From Verrucomicrobiota bacterium (lineage in GTDB: Bacteria; Verrucomicrobiota; Verrucomicrobiia; Opitutales; Seribacteraceae): a stretch of 64,000 nt of DNA. Made by a program: the position numbers and the translations under genes. The stretch is from contig JAQBYT010000007.1 in NCBI GenBank assembly GCA_027622665.1, positions 64,001 through 128,000 of the forward strand. The letters run 5' to 3'. The notes below the pieces were generated by a model that was not told where the DNA came from, ran no database searches, and was given only the letters and a program-made list of their open reading frames with translations. Of the stretch, positions 30,634 to 42,765 are shown one piece after another; position 1 is the stretch's first letter; each line of letters begins with the position of its first letter.

Positions 30634-31284
30634 CTAGATTTTGAAGTGGACGAGGTACTTTTCCTCCAAGCCGGCTTCGGGCAAGTGTTCCGCGAGATCC
30701 CATACCCGAGCGGGGCTGAGGCGAGAGGTTGCCAATTCCTCCGAGAAGTCGCCGCCTTTCCAGTAAAGGATTCCGTTGGCGGGCGCATGCTGGGAGCCTT
30801 TGCGTATCTTGTTGCGGATCCGGCGGTAGAAGACGGACAGGTCTCCGACGGCTCGCCCGAGGATGAAGTCGTAGGACCTTTTGGCGGGAAGCTCCTCGGC
30901 TCGCCCTCGAATAACCGTTACGTTCTTGAGCCCGAGGCGGGCGACCATGTCCTCGACGGCGACGATTTTCTTGGCGATGGAGTCGATGAGCGTGAAGTTG
31001 GCCGCCGGGTAGCAGATTGCTAGCGGTATGCCGGGCAGACCGCCTCCGGTGCCGACGTCGAGCAAACTTGCCTTGGGCATGAGGCGAAGGAACTTTGTGG
31101 CGATGAGACAATGGGCAAGGTGCTTGATCTCTATGCGTTCGGTGTCCTTGCGTGAGACGAGGTTTATCTTGGCATTCCACTCGCGGAGAAGCTCGGTGTA
31201 GGCGGCCAAGCCTTCCCATGCTTCCTTGGCAATCTCGGGAAACCACCGAGGGAGGGTTGTCCATGGATCTTCTTCCGGGTTCAC
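30634..31284 (-). CDS. rsmG: 16S rRNA m7G527 methyltransferase
   Basis: WNAKINLVSR, KHLAHCL, LDVGTGGGLPGIPLAI, DSIAKK, RAEE. Confidence 0.93.
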   Translation of the reverse strand: MNPEEDPWTTLPRWFPEIAKEAWEGLAAYTELLREWNAKINLVSRKDTERIEIKHLAHCLIATKFLRLMPKASLLDVGTGGGLPGIPLAICYPAANFTLIDSIAKKIVAVEDMVARLGLKNVTVIRGRAEELPAKRSYDFILGRAVGDLSVFYRRIRNKIRKGSQHAPANGILYWKGGDFSEELATSRLSPARVWDLAEHLPEAGLEEKYLVHFKI

Positions 31285-31320
31285 TAGATCGGGTCAGGTT
31301 TTACTGAACGAAACTGTAAC

Positions 31321-32585
<1,265 letters not shown>

Positions 32586-32651
32586 GAGTTCATGGATTTT
32601 TCATGAGTATGGCAAAACGGCAACGATGAAGATTCGTCATGTGGTATTTGT

Positions 32652-33335
32652 TCAAGGTGCCGGGATTCCCGGGTTTTTGAGGGCTTTGCCTAACATGTCG
32701 AGGAATTCAGTTCGCGGCACCTCGCGCGCTCCTAAGTTGCCGAGGTGATCGGTGGGCACTTGGCAGTCGATGAACAGGAAGCCCTGTTGTCGGGCGAATC
32801 CCACGAGGTGAGCCAGCGCTACCTTGGAAGCTTCGGGTTCATGATGAAACATGGACTCCCCGAAAAAGGCTGCACCCAGGGAGATTCCGTAGAGTCCTCC
32901 CACGAGCTTGCCGTTCCGATAGCTCTCGAAGGAATGAGCGAAGCCTTCTGCATGGAGCTTAGAGTAGGCTTTCACCATGTCCGGGGCGATCCATGTGCCA
33001 GGCTGATCCTTTCTTGGCACTCGAGAACAGGAGCGAATGACCTCCTCGAATGCAGTGTCGACTCGGCTTTCGAAGGTTTCCTTCTTGAGGGCGGAACGCA
33101 AGCTCCTGGAGATTTTGAATTCGTCGGGAAAAAGCAGGAAGCGTGGATCCGGCGAAAACCAGTGCCACAAGGGTGGATCTCCCCAGGATTCCCATGGGAA
33201 AATACCGTTGGAGTAGGCGAGTAGCAGACGTTCGGTGGTTAGTGAACCGCCTACGGCAAGAAGTCCGTCGGGTGGGGGGGTGTCGGGATGAGGGAACCAG
33301 GGTGGTTCCGAGTCGTCGAGGAGGACGACGGGCAT
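32652..33335 (-). CDS. aat: Leucyl/phenylalanyl-tRNA--protein transferase
   Basis: GLLAVGG..AYSNGIFPW, WFSPDPR, LVGGLYG, FFGESMF, ASKVAL, IDCQV. Confidence 0.95.
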   Translation of the reverse strand: MPVVLLDDSEPPWFPHPDTPPPDGLLAVGGSLTTERLLLAYSNGIFPWESWGDPPLWHWFSPDPRFLLFPDEFKISRSLRSALKKETFESRVDTAFEEVIRSCSRVPRKDQPGTWIAPDMVKAYSKLHAEGFAHSFESYRNGKLVGGLYGISLGAAFFGESMFHHEPEASKVALAHLVGFARQQGFLFIDCQVPTDHLGNLGAREVPRTEFLDMLGKALKNPGIPAP

Positions 33336-33338
33336 CTT

Positions 33339-34283
33339 TTAGGATGCCTTTGCTTCGAGAATGGTGACCTGTGGACGACAATTGAAGCGAAGCCCGTGGA
33401 GGTTGCCTACGCCACGGGTCACGTTGATCAAGCGACCTTGCCAGGTGTGCAATCCATCGACAATGGAGTGATCCTTGACGGGAGCAAACGGAGTGTAACC
33501 GACAAACGGAACTTTGCACTGGCCTCCGTGGGTGTGTCCGCAGAGCATAAGCTGCCAATCGTGATCGGCGAGGAAGGTCTTGGAGTCGGGGTTGTGACTC
33601 AAGACAATGACCGGAGGTTCCTTAGGGGAACGGGAACGGGTCGCACTAACCTTGCTGAGGCACTTGTAGGGGAAGCAGCGTTGGGCCCAGATATCGCCGA
33701 GACCGACCAAGGCCAGCGGCTGTCCCTTGACGTAGATAACTTGCCTGCGGTTTTGCAGGAGGGCTATCTTGGCGTCCTTCAACATGGCTTCCACTTTTTC
33801 AGAAGTGGGGTAGCCGGAATTGGAGCCCGCCCACTTTCCGCCATCGTGGTTGCCCAAGCAGGCGAAGGTGGGAACTACCTCGGACAATTTGGACAAGACT
33901 TCCCTGTAGCGATCAAATTCAACCTCGGTGAGCTTGCTCGTAATAAAATCACCCGTAATGAAGCAGATGTCGGGTTTCTCCGCGAGCCCGAGCTCGATCG
34001 CTTCCTCGACTAGGGAAAAGGGAACTTTGTCGGACACGTGAAAGTCAGAAAGATGCAGGATGCTAAAGGATCGGCGAACAGGGAATTGCGCAGAGGGTAA
34101 GGTTTCCCGATGGACCTCCAACCAGCCGGCTTCAAACTTCATGTAACCCCAACCCCCAAGCCCAACAACTCCCAAGCCCAACAACCACTTTAGGAATCGC
34201 CGGCGAAGACTTGGTGGTGTTAAGCGCTTTCGGTTTGCTTCTGCTAGGCTCGCCGCAAAGTCGGGAATATTTTCGTCTGTCAT
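33339..34283 (-). CDS. Metallophosphoesterase (YaeI-like)
   Basis: HLSDFH, ITGDF, LGNHD, SHNPD, GHTHGGQ, GVG..RFNCRP. Confidence 0.9.
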   Translation of the reverse strand: MTDENIPDFAASLAEANRKRLTPPSLRRRFLKWLLGLGVVGLGGWGYMKFEAGWLEVHRETLPSAQFPVRRSFSILHLSDFHVSDKVPFSLVEEAIELGLAEKPDICFITGDFITSKLTEVEFDRYREVLSKLSEVVPTFACLGNHDGGKWAGSNSGYPTSEKVEAMLKDAKIALLQNRRQVIYVKGQPLALVGLGDIWAQRCFPYKCLSKVSATRSRSPKEPPVIVLSHNPDSKTFLADHDWQLMLCGHTHGGQCKVPFVGYTPFAPVKDHSIVDGLHTWQGRLINVTRGVGNLHGLRFNCRPQVTILEAKAS

Positions 34284-34415
34284 CTAGGAAACTTAACTAC
34301 AAATACCTATTTGGCGTGGATCAAATCTTTTAGTTGAAGGAGTATGATGATAAATACCCAAGAATTAAGAACCCCTCCATTCTTTCTATTTCTTTTACTC
34401 GCTGCCAGTGACCGC

Positions 34416-35741
34416 TCATTCGTCTGTTGCTATGCCACCGGATTCTTCGAGCGAACGCAAGTTGTGAAGAAGATCTGCGGAATGGACCGACACTTCGGCT
34501 CCACTAGAAAGATCCTTTATTTTTACTTTGTTCGCAAGTACTTCTTCCTCGCCGTAGACGATGGCGAATTTAGCTCCACTGCGGCCCGCTTCCTTGAATT
34601 GTTTCCCGAATGCTTGTCGCTTTAGCGGATAAGCCGTGGAGTAGCCCGCTTGTCGAAGACGCGCAACGTCCCGAAGAGCTGTGGGCCGTTCGTTCTCGCC
34701 TGCCACTATGAATATCTCGGGGGCGTCGATGTAGTCGGGCAGGAGTTTCTTGCCGTCCAAACAGTCGGTGAGGGTGACATCTCCTATGGCGAAGCCGGCA
34801 GCCGGCAGATCCACGTTGCCGGAAAGCTTTTTTACGAGATGGTCGTAGCGTCCGCCGCCCGCCAGCGCTCTGGACTCACCGGAACTCTCGAAGGCCTCGT
34901 AGACGAATCCCGTGTAATAGGCGAGGCCTCGAACGATGGATAGATCGATGTCCACGCAATCTGCCGCGTCATGGGATTCGAGCAGTTTAAGAAGTTCGGC
35001 CCACTCACCGGCGCGTCTTTCACCTTCCTCGCCGAAAGAAACGAGATGTTCGTTCAAAGCATCAAAAGTTGAAACGGCCTTCATCTTCTCGATGCCCGAA
35101 AGAATTTCTTCGCCCCTGCCGGGTATCGCTCCCTCAATGCTTTCGAGAGTTTGCTCTGGTTTACGTCGTTCGCTTTTGTCGATGGCGTCGAGTAGGGAAG
35201 GGCGATGTTCGTCGCTTACGCCGAGCGAGGAAAGAAACAAAGCCCAAGTCACTCGATCGCTGAGGCGGACTCGAAAGTCGTTAGCACCGAGTCCACAAGC
35301 CTTTAAAATGGCTACCAGTAGCGCGATGAGCTCGGCGTCTGCAGCGACGTCCTTCTCTCCCATGACGTCGGCGTTGAATTGATAGAAGGCACGCAACCGT
35401 CCCTTTTGTGGACGTTCATAGCGGAAGTGCTCGCCGACGTTGAACCACTTGATCGGTCGTCTAAGCGAGTTTGCCCGGGATGCAACCATGCGGGCCAAGC
35501 TAGGAGTCAATTCCGGACGAAGAGCGACTTGACGGTCGCCCTTGTCCGTAAAGTGGAAAAGTTGTCCGACTATTTCTTCGCCTGATTTCTCGATGTAAAG
35601 ATCGAGGGGTTCAAGCACGGGAGCGTCATATTCCCTAAAGAAGAAGGTGCGGGCGACGTTTCGGAAGATTCGAAACAAGTGGTTACGGCGCGAGCAATCT
35701 TCCGGATAGAATTCCCGAAAGCCTGGCAGGCTTTCAAACAT
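34416..35741 (-). CDS. hisS: Histidine--tRNA ligase
   Basis: LRPELTPSLAR, FRYERPQKGRLRAFYQ, VRGLAYYTG, GGGRYD, anticodon-binding domain. Confidence 0.96.
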   Translation of the reverse strand: MFESLPGFREFYPEDCSRRNHLFRIFRNVARTFFFREYDAPVLEPLDLYIEKSGEEIVGQLFHFTDKGDRQVALRPELTPSLARMVASRANSLRRPIKWFNVGEHFRYERPQKGRLRAFYQFNADVMGEKDVAADAELIALLVAILKACGLGANDFRVRLSDRVTWALFLSSLGVSDEHRPSLLDAIDKSERRKPEQTLESIEGAIPGRGEEILSGIEKMKAVSTFDALNEHLVSFGEEGERRAGEWAELLKLLESHDAADCVDIDLSIVRGLAYYTGFVYEAFESSGESRALAGGGRYDHLVKKLSGNVDLPAAGFAIGDVTLTDCLDGKKLLPDYIDAPEIFIVAGENERPTALRDVARLRQAGYSTAYPLKRQAFGKQFKEAGRSGAKFAIVYGEEEVLANKVKIKDLSSGAEVSVHSADLLHNLRSLEESGGIATDE

Positions 35742-35770
35742 GGTCGACGTGGTGCGTTGAGCGAAACGAG

Positions 35771-36088
35771 TCAGGAAGGATCTATCGCGTCCAGATCCAG
35801 ATTGACCAACCCTTCCTTCAATTCCTTGCCCGCCTTGAACTTGACTACGGCGCGACGTGGAATGACTACGTCCGTTTGCGGGCGGTTTGGATTTCGCCCT
35901 ACGCGGGCTTTGCGCACTTGAATTTCAAATACGCCGAATTTGCGTAACTCGATGTTGCGACCGGCAATGAGAGAATCACGAACAATATCCAAGGTCTGTT
36001 GGACGATCTGACGAACGTCCTCTTGTTTGTAATTATTGTTTTCGTAGATGCTTTGGACGATCTGCCGCTTGGTGAGGTTGTTGGACAT
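35771..36088 (-). CDS. HU/IHF family DNA-binding protein
   Basis: IELRKFGVFE..RKARVGRNP..FKAGKELKE. Confidence 0.92.
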   Translation of the reverse strand: MSNNLTKRQIVQSIYENNNYKQEDVRQIVQQTLDIVRDSLIAGRNIELRKFGVFEIQVRKARVGRNPNRPQTDVVIPRRAVVKFKAGKELKEGLVNLDLDAIDPS

Positions 36089-36193
36089 GGCGGTAAAACA
36101 GTTTGTAAATGGGTGAAGAGGAGTTTAGGTATGTGGCTCTACACATAGACTTTTCTAAATCAACAACCTGTCAAACCCAATTTGTTTTTTTCC

Positions 36194-37834
36194 ATGTCGA
36201 AAAAAGACGACGATAACCCTCTCGAAGAGCTCCAGAAGCAACTAAAGGACTTGCTCAACAATAAAAACGTGCAAGTTGCCTTCGCTCCTTTTATGACTGC
36301 CGGAGCCTCCGGAGAGGAGGCCGAAAAGGGAGACGATTCCGGCAGTTCGGGAGAATCCGACGAGCTGGACGAGGGCAAGTCTCGGGATGAGCGACTCGCC
36401 GGGATAAGGAACTTTGATCGCAAGCCGAAGGAGATTCGCGATTACCTCGACCGCTTCGTTATCAAGCAGGAACAAGCGAAGCGCGTTCTGGCGGTAGCCG
36501 TCTGCGATCACTTCAATCACGTCCGACGTTGCATCGAGGAACCAAAGCTCGCGAACCGCGAGTACATGAAGCCGAATTTGCTCCTCCTCGGTCCGACTGG
36601 TGTGGGCAAAACCTACCTTATGCGAAACATTGCCAAGCTTATCGGGGTTCCGTTCGTTAAGGCCGACGCCACGAAATTTTCCGAGACGGGGTACGTAGGC
36701 AACGACGTCGATGACCTCGTTAGGGATCTCGTCAAAGCTGCCGATGGTGACGTCGAATTGGCGGAATACGGCATCATCTACATCGACGAAATCGACAAGA
36801 TCGCCTCGGAATCTTCGAAAGGTGGGCGAGATGTTTCAGGTCGCGGCGTGCAGATCAACCTCCTGAAATTGATGGAGGAGACGGACGTCAACCTGCACTC
36901 TCCTCAGGACATGATGGGGCAGATGAAGGCGTTTATGGAAATGCAAAAGGGTGGAGGCAAGCCAGGCAAGAGCTCCATCAGTACCCGAAACATTCTCTTC
37001 ATCGTGAGTGGGGCTTTCGACAAGCTGGCGGAAAACGTGAAACGACGTTTGTCCCTTTCCCGTATCGGCTTCGGTTCCTCGGAAGAGCAATCCGCCGATG
37101 CTCGCCCGGTTTCGGAATTCCTCCATCAGTCCGAAACCAGAGATTTCATAGACTATGGTTTTGAACCCGAGTTTGTGGGCAGACTTCCGGTTCGGGTAGC
37201 CTGTGATGAACTTACCGGCGAGGATCTGGCAAGCATTCTTCTTAGTTCCGAGGGTAACGTATTGGAGCAGTACCGGAGCGACTTCGCAGGCTACGACGTA
37301 ACCTTCGACATATCGGAAGACGCAATTCGCAAGATTGCCGAAAAGGCCGCCCTTGAGCAAACTGGGGCACGCGGTTTGGTAACCGTACTCGAGCGCACCT
37401 TTCGTGATTTTAAGTTCGAACTGCCCTCCTCGGCGATTAAAAGTTTCGAAGTCGACGCCGAGACCATCGACAATCCCACGGATGCCCTTCAAGAACTGCT
37501 GGAAAGCAACAAGGACTTGCTTGACGAAGCCCTCTTGGGCGACGTGGATCGTTTTGCCTCCGATTTCTCGTTCAAGCACGGCTACAACCTGAAATTCCGC
37601 AAACCCGCCAAGGTCGCCTTGGCCAAGATCGCGACCAAGGAGAATCGTTCGATCTTGGCTATTTGCGAGCGCAAGTTTAACGATTTCGAGCACGGTTTGG
37701 GAATTATTTCCAAGCGTACGGGCAAGGTTGAATTCGTGATCGACAAGAAAGTCGTCGACGACCCCGACAAGGAACTTTCCGAGTGGGTCGTGAAAAGCTT
37801 CGGCTCATCCGAGCCTTCAGGTGACGAATCCTGA
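36194..37834 (+). CDS. ClpX-like AAA+ ATPase lacking the N-terminal zinc-binding domain
   Basis: Walker A GPTGVGKT, DATKFSETGYVG, Walker B IYIDEIDK, RDVSGRGVQ, IGF loop, PEFVGRLP, TGARGL. No C4 zinc finger. Extended C-terminus. Confidence 0.9.
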   Translation: MSKKDDDNPLEELQKQLKDLLNNKNVQVAFAPFMTAGASGEEAEKGDDSGSSGESDELDEGKSRDERLAGIRNFDRKPKEIRDYLDRFVIKQEQAKRVLAVAVCDHFNHVRRCIEEPKLANREYMKPNLLLLGPTGVGKTYLMRNIAKLIGVPFVKADATKFSETGYVGNDVDDLVRDLVKAADGDVELAEYGIIYIDEIDKIASESSKGGRDVSGRGVQINLLKLMEETDVNLHSPQDMMGQMKAFMEMQKGGGKPGKSSISTRNILFIVSGAFDKLAENVKRRLSLSRIGFGSSEEQSADARPVSEFLHQSETRDFIDYGFEPEFVGRLPVRVACDELTGEDLASILLSSEGNVLEQYRSDFAGYDVTFDISEDAIRKIAEKAALEQTGARGLVTVLERTFRDFKFELPSSAIKSFEVDAETIDNPTDALQELLESNKDLLDEALLGDVDRFASDFSFKHGYNLKFRKPAKVALAKIATKENRSILAICERKFNDFEHGLGIISKRTGKVEFVIDKKVVDDPDKELSEWVVKSFGSSEPSGDES

Positions 37835-38528
37835 TCCCGATGCCGTAAGGGTTACCTTCGAAGGCATCGCCCCACGTTACGATCTCGCCAACCATCTGCT
37901 GTCGGGAGGCTTAGACTTTCTTTGGCGGCGGCGTCTGATTCGTGAAGCCAAAGCAGAGCAACCCAGTGATGTTCTCGATTTGGCTACAGGCAGCGGCGAC
38001 ATCGCCCTTGCTCTCCGCGTTGCTTTACCAGTCGACGTCAAGGTGATGGGGCTTGATTTCTGTCCGCCCATGCTCGCTGAGGCCGAGTGCAAAAGGATCT
38101 CCGCCGGTTACTCACCGGATAGCCTTAGGTTTGTCCATGGCGATTGCTTATCACTGGATTTTCCCGATGGCAGTTTCGACCTCGTCACGATTGCCTTCGG
38201 ATTGCGCAACCTGTCTGACCGAGCGATCGGTCTATCCGAGATGCAGCGGGTGCTTCGTCCTGGTGGGAGGTTGTTGATTCTGGAATTCAGCCAACCTTTC
38301 TTTTTTCTTCGCCCCTTTTATTATCTCTACCTACGAGGCATTCTACCGTTTTTCGCTCGATGGGTGACCGGTGATCGCCAAGCATACGAGTACTTGGGTT
38401 CCTCCATCTCGGGTTTTCCAGATCGGTTCGGTCTTGCCCAGGAGTTACGCCAGGCGAATTTCGGCAAGGTGAACTTCGTCTCGCTAACCGGAGCGGTCGT
38501 CGCCCTGCACGTGGGCGAGAAAAAGTAG
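37821..38528 (+). CDS. ubiE: UbiE/MenG family C-methyltransferase
   Basis: IAPRYDLANHLLSGG, LDLATGSGD, AFGLRN, RVLRPGG, LEFS, AYEYL. Confidence 0.9.
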   Translation: MTNPDPDAVRVTFEGIAPRYDLANHLLSGGLDFLWRRRLIREAKAEQPSDVLDLATGSGDIALALRVALPVDVKVMGLDFCPPMLAEAECKRISAGYSPDSLRFVHGDCLSLDFPDGSFDLVTIAFGLRNLSDRAIGLSEMQRVLRPGGRLLILEFSQPFFFLRPFYYLYLRGILPFFARWVTGDRQAYEYLGSSISGFPDRFGLAQELRQANFGKVNFVSLTGAVVALHVGEKK

Positions 38529-38529
38529 C

Positions 38530-40878
38530 CTACTTTTCTTTTCCCAGAGCTTTTGCCAAAGTCTTCTCGAGTTCCTCGACTGTGGTGACGGGGAGTTCGC
38601 AAGCTTGGTTGCGGCAAACGTAAACGGCGGACTTACCTTTAACTAGACCTTGGTTTTGCACGAATGGGGCAAGCTTGGCTACTTCGGGTTCCTCATCGGC
38701 GGCAGGGCGGAAGAGGAGCACCTTGTTGGGCAGAAAGGACGAATTGATTGCCCTGAGCAGTTGCTCGGTGGCGTCTTCACCGCGCTTGCCTGCCACCACG
38801 ATCTCCAGGCTTGGCCCCACAGCGAAGTCCAAGGCAGACATGAGGACGTCGCATCCGCTCGGACTTTTGGCGGCAAAGCCCGAGAATGCGGCAAAGAGCT
38901 TGTTTGCGGCTTCCTCGTATTTCTTGCTTCCCGTGATACGGGCGATGCGAAGAAGATTGAGAGCCATTACGGAATTGCCCGAGGGGATGGCCCCGTCGTA
39001 GATTTCCTTGGCCCGAACGAGGAGTTTTTCCCCGTCGTCGGCGGTGAGGAATAAACCGCCGTTTTCGGCATCGGCGAAATGTTTCAAGGTGATGTCGGTC
39101 AATTCCGCGGCCGCCTTCAGGTGACGATGGTGAAAGGCCGATTCGTGAAGATCGAGTAGGCCTTGGATAAGGAAGGCGTAATCTTCCAAGTGGGCAGGTA
39201 GTCCCGCTACGCCCAATCTCGAGCGCTTCAGCAGTCGACCATCCTTGCGGCGAAGGGTGGTTAGGCAATAGTCGGCTGCCTTTGTGGCGGCCTTGACGTA
39301 CTGCTTGTCGCCCAGAATGCGACCACCTTTGGCGAATGCGGAAATCATGAGCCCGTTCCAGTCGGTCAGAATCTTATCGTCCTTCTGTGGATGGATTCGT
39401 TTCTCTCGAACCTCGAAGAGCTTTTTTCGAATCCCTTCCAGCTTCGATTTCAAGGGATCGATTTCTTGTTTTAGTTCGTGGGCGACGTCCTTGAGGCGTT
39501 CCTGAAGGTGAGGGATGTTCCCCCCGGTTTTTCTGTTGGCGGCTTCTTCCAAGAAATTTCCATCGGGTTCGAAGTTGTATATGCGGGCATAGAGGGTGGC
39601 GTCTTCCTTTCCTAGGGTTTTCTCGAGTTCGGCTATCGTCCAGACGTAGAACTTGCCTTCCTCGCCCTCGCTGTCGGCGTCCTCGGCCGAATAGAATCCA
39701 CCTTCCGGGTCGGTCATGTCACGAAGTACGTAGGTGAAGATTTCTCTAGCCGCCTCGGCATACGATTCTTTTTTCGTGATCTGGTGACACTCCAAGTTGG
39801 CGATGGCGAAGAGGGCTTGGTCATAGAGCATCTTTTCAAAGTGCGGCAGAAACCAGCGTTCGTCCGTGGAATAGCGGTGAATGCCGAGGCCAACGTGATC
39901 GTAGACACCGCCTTGCCTAATCTTCTCCAAGCTTTTCTCCACCATTCGCAAGGCCTTGGCCTCACCGGTTCGGGCATAATAGCGGAGTAGAAAGGAGAGG
40001 TTGTGGGCAGTGGGAAACTTCGGCCGGCGGCCAAAGCCTCCATTAATGCCGTCGTAAGAAGAGGCGAGAGAACGATAGCAGGCATCGAGATGCGTTGCGT
40101 TTAGATCGCCTCCGGGTTGTCCTCCCGAGAGTTTCGCCAAGTCGGTGGTGATCGCCTCTCCCAACTTGAAGACTTGTTCTCGTTCGTTTGTCCAGATGCC
40201 GGAAAAGTGGGGAAGCAGTTGCATCATCGATTGCTTCGGGAAATATGTTCCCGCGAAAAAAGGCACCTTTTCCGGCGTCATGATCACGGTCATTGGCCAG
40301 CCCCCTCTTCCCGTCATCATTTGGGTCACGGACATGTAAACATTGTCGATGTCCGGACGTTCCTCGCGATCTACCTTCACGCACACGTAGTGCTTGTTCA
40401 TTAGCGCGGCCACTTCATCGTCTTCGAACGACTCGTGTTCCATCACGTGGCACCAGTGGCAGGTTGTGTAGCCGACGGAAAGAAAGACGGGCTTATCTTG
40501 TTTCTTGGCCTTAGCGAAGGCCTCCTCTGCCCAGGGATGCCAGTCGACCGGGTTTCCCGCATGCTGAAGCAGGTATGGGCTTTGTTCAAAAACGAGACGA
40601 TTGAAATCGGGACCTCCGTCTGCCGGAAGCTTCTTAAGCGCTTCGGGCGAAGGTATGGCTTTCCGAACGTGAGCGTGTTCGGCATGCTCGCTTGATTCCG
40701 TGTCTTTTTTCATTTCAGGCGGTACGCTTGAAACGTCGGAGGCATTTTGTTCATTCTCGGTTGAGGTGCTTTCGAGCTTGGCCTCGTTGCATGCGGAAAG
40801 CCACAAGGAAAATGATATTACGAGGATAGCGGAACTCGGGAGTTTAAACCCTTTGGGGATGTGCATGCAGGCGAGCAT
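38530..40878 (-). CDS. YyaL/SSP411-type thioredoxin-domain protein (DUF255 plus alpha/alpha barrel), possibly a lipoprotein
   Basis: [57 protein letters not shown] lipobox-like N-terminus. Start uncertain. Confidence 0.9.
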   Translation of the reverse strand: MLACMHIPKGFKLPSSAILVISFSLWLSACNEAKLESTSTENEQNASDVSSVPPEMKKDTESSEHAEHAHVRKAIPSPEALKKLPADGGPDFNRLVFEQSPYLLQHAGNPVDWHPWAEEAFAKAKKQDKPVFLSVGYTTCHWCHVMEHESFEDDEVAALMNKHYVCVKVDREERPDIDNVYMSVTQMMTGRGGWPMTVIMTPEKVPFFAGTYFPKQSMMQLLPHFSGIWTNEREQVFKLGEAITTDLAKLSGGQPGGDLNATHLDACYRSLASSYDGINGGFGRRPKFPTAHNLSFLLRYYARTGEAKALRMVEKSLEKIRQGGVYDHVGLGIHRYSTDERWFLPHFEKMLYDQALFAIANLECHQITKKESYAEAAREIFTYVLRDMTDPEGGFYSAEDADSEGEEGKFYVWTIAELEKTLGKEDATLYARIYNFEPDGNFLEEAANRKTGGNIPHLQERLKDVAHELKQEIDPLKSKLEGIRKKLFEVREKRIHPQKDDKILTDWNGLMISAFAKGGRILGDKQYVKAATKAADYCLTTLRRKDGRLLKRSRLGVAGLPAHLEDYAFLIQGLLDLHESAFHHRHLKAAAELTDITLKHFADAENGGLFLTADDGEKLLVRAKEIYDGAIPSGNSVMALNLLRIARITGSKKYEEAANKLFAAFSGFAAKSPSGCDVLMSALDFAVGPSLEIVVAGKRGEDATEQLLRAINSSFLPNKVLLFRPAADEEPEVAKLAPFVQNQGLVKGKSAVYVCRNQACELPVTTVEELEKTLAKALGKEK

Positions 40879-40914
40879 GCCGGTTTCCCTAGCAAGACGG
40901 CAAGCCCGTTTGCC

Positions 40915-41856
40915 TTACTCCACCGATATCAGCTCACGCAGTTGATCAACGCGCTCGCTGATCACGGCGGCCCCTGCTGATTCGAGTCGGTCGCAACCGA
41001 ATGCTTCTACCGTAAGGCTTGCGGTGGCAGTGGCGTAGAGCATGGCTTCCTTGATGGCGGCAAAGTCGTTGCGATTACGGGAGGCCAGACGACCGAGCAA
41101 GGCTCCGGCAAAGGAATCCCCGGCTCCCGTGGGGTCGCGAAGTTCGGTTACGGGGAAAGCGGGTAGGGCAAAGAGACCTTCTTGGTGAAAGAGGACGGCT
41201 CCATGCTCGCCCTTCTTGACGATCACGCTTTCGGGACCCATCTCGCGAAGTTTATGTCCGGCTAGAATTATGTTTTTTTCGCCCGTGAGTTCTTCGGCCT
41301 CGGAATCGTTGATCACGAAAAGGTTTACTCTCTTCACGAGGTTTAGAAGGTTTTCCCGTTCGATCTCGATCCAGAGGTCGATGGTGTCGGCCAAGACAAA
41401 GGATTCACCGCTCAGTTGATCGAGGACATGCGCCTGCAACGCCGGGTGAATGTTTCCGAGCAGGACGAAGGGGGAGGCTCGATATGATTCGGGCAGGTCG
41501 GGTCGGAATTTCTCAAAAACGTTTAGCTGTAAGTCCAGCGTGTCCCGGCGATTGAAGTTTTCGTGGTACTTGCCCTTCCAAAAGAAGGTCGGCCCACTTT
41601 CATCTCGTTGCAGGCCTTCCAGATCGATTCCTCGTGAACGGAGTCTGTCCATGAACTCTTCGCCGAAGTCGTTGCCGACGACTCCGACCATGCGGGTCTC
41701 GGCAAAGTAGCTCGACGCGAAGGAACAGTACGAGGCGGCCCCCCCGAGGATGTGCTCTTTCTCGCCATAGGGCGTGATGACGTTGTCGAAGGCCACGGAA
41801 CCCACCACCAACAAGGGTGCGGGAGAAGTGGCGTCAGTTGCTATTCGTTCGCTCAT
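40915..41856 (-). CDS. PfkB family carbohydrate kinase
   Basis: VGSVAFD, GGAASY, KKGEHG, DPTGAGDSFAG. Confidence 0.92.
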   Translation of the reverse strand: MSERIATDATSPAPLLVVGSVAFDNVITPYGEKEHILGGAASYCSFASSYFAETRMVGVVGNDFGEEFMDRLRSRGIDLEGLQRDESGPTFFWKGKYHENFNRRDTLDLQLNVFEKFRPDLPESYRASPFVLLGNIHPALQAHVLDQLSGESFVLADTIDLWIEIERENLLNLVKRVNLFVINDSEAEELTGEKNIILAGHKLREMGPESVIVKKGEHGAVLFHQEGLFALPAFPVTELRDPTGAGDSFAGALLGRLASRNRNDFAAIKEAMLYATATASLTVEAFGCDRLESAGAAVISERVDQLRELISVE

Positions 41857-41921
41857 TATTGGCAACCACACTAGCAGGCAAAGGGAAATGCTCAAGCTTT
41901 CCCCGCCGGAGAATGCTTTTT

Positions 41922-42746
41922 CTATTGTTTGCTCGAACGGAGAACGAAATCCACGATGGGCTTGGGGTCCTTCAGGCTATGTGGGTGATGTCCGATGCCC
42001 GGTTTGCGAATCACCTCGATGGAACCGCCCAGTGCCCTGTACCGTTTTTCAATGACGTCTGAATTTTCGACCACCGGCACGACGGTGTCGGCCTCACCGA
42101 TTACGTGAAAGAGGGGAACCTTGGCTTTGGCCAGGACTTCTAGACCGTCGATGGGATTGCCCTTGAAGTCCATTGCTTCCGTTTCCGTCAAGCCGTAGGC
42201 CTTTAGGCAATTTTGCCAAGTGCCGGCGCTCCCTTTTCCCTTTCCCTTGCCTCCCGGCCAACTCTTGAAGTCGCACACGGGGGCATCGCCGTAGATACAG
42301 GACACTTTCTCGGGGTTCGCCTTGGCCCAGTTGTAGATGATTAGCCCGCCTCTGCTCATTCCCTCTAACGCCGCTTTTTTGGCAAAGCCATGTTCCTTCA
42401 CCAAGTAGGCGTAAAAAGCGTCCCAACGTGCTACTGCCTTGGGTGCTCCGAAGAGGTTGCCCACTTCGCAATAGACGACGTGCCAACCTTTTTCGAGCAA
42501 AGCGATGTCGGTTTGCGGTTCGTGCCCCCAGAATCGCGCGCGCCAAATCCATGGCTTGCCGGGGGCAGCCTTCTTGGGACGGACTACCTTGCATCCCACT
42601 CCTTCCAAATTGAACTGGTTCAAGGCGTAACCTTTCCATTGGGATTCCTTGCCGGGGAAATCGGCGGCCGGAACCATTGCGGCGGACCACAAAAGGGCCA
42701 TCCCGCCAAGAATCAAAAAGAGATAGGGTTTGAGGAAAGAATTCAT
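41922..42746 (-). CDS. Secreted alpha/beta hydrolase
   Basis: Signal peptide. GMSRGG nucleophile elbow, D in GEADTVV, H in GHHPH. Confidence 0.85.
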   Translation of the reverse strand: MNSFLKPYLFLILGGMALLWSAAMVPAADFPGKESQWKGYALNQFNLEGVGCKVVRPKKAAPGKPWIWRARFWGHEPQTDIALLEKGWHVVYCEVGNLFGAPKAVARWDAFYAYLVKEHGFAKKAALEGMSRGGLIIYNWAKANPEKVSCIYGDAPVCDFKSWPGGKGKGKGSAGTWQNCLKAYGLTETEAMDFKGNPIDGLEVLAKAKVPLFHVIGEADTVVPVVENSDVIEKRYRALGGSIEVIRKPGIGHHPHSLKDPKPIVDFVLRSSKQ

Positions 42747-42765
42747 AGTAGTCCTGAATGTGGCT

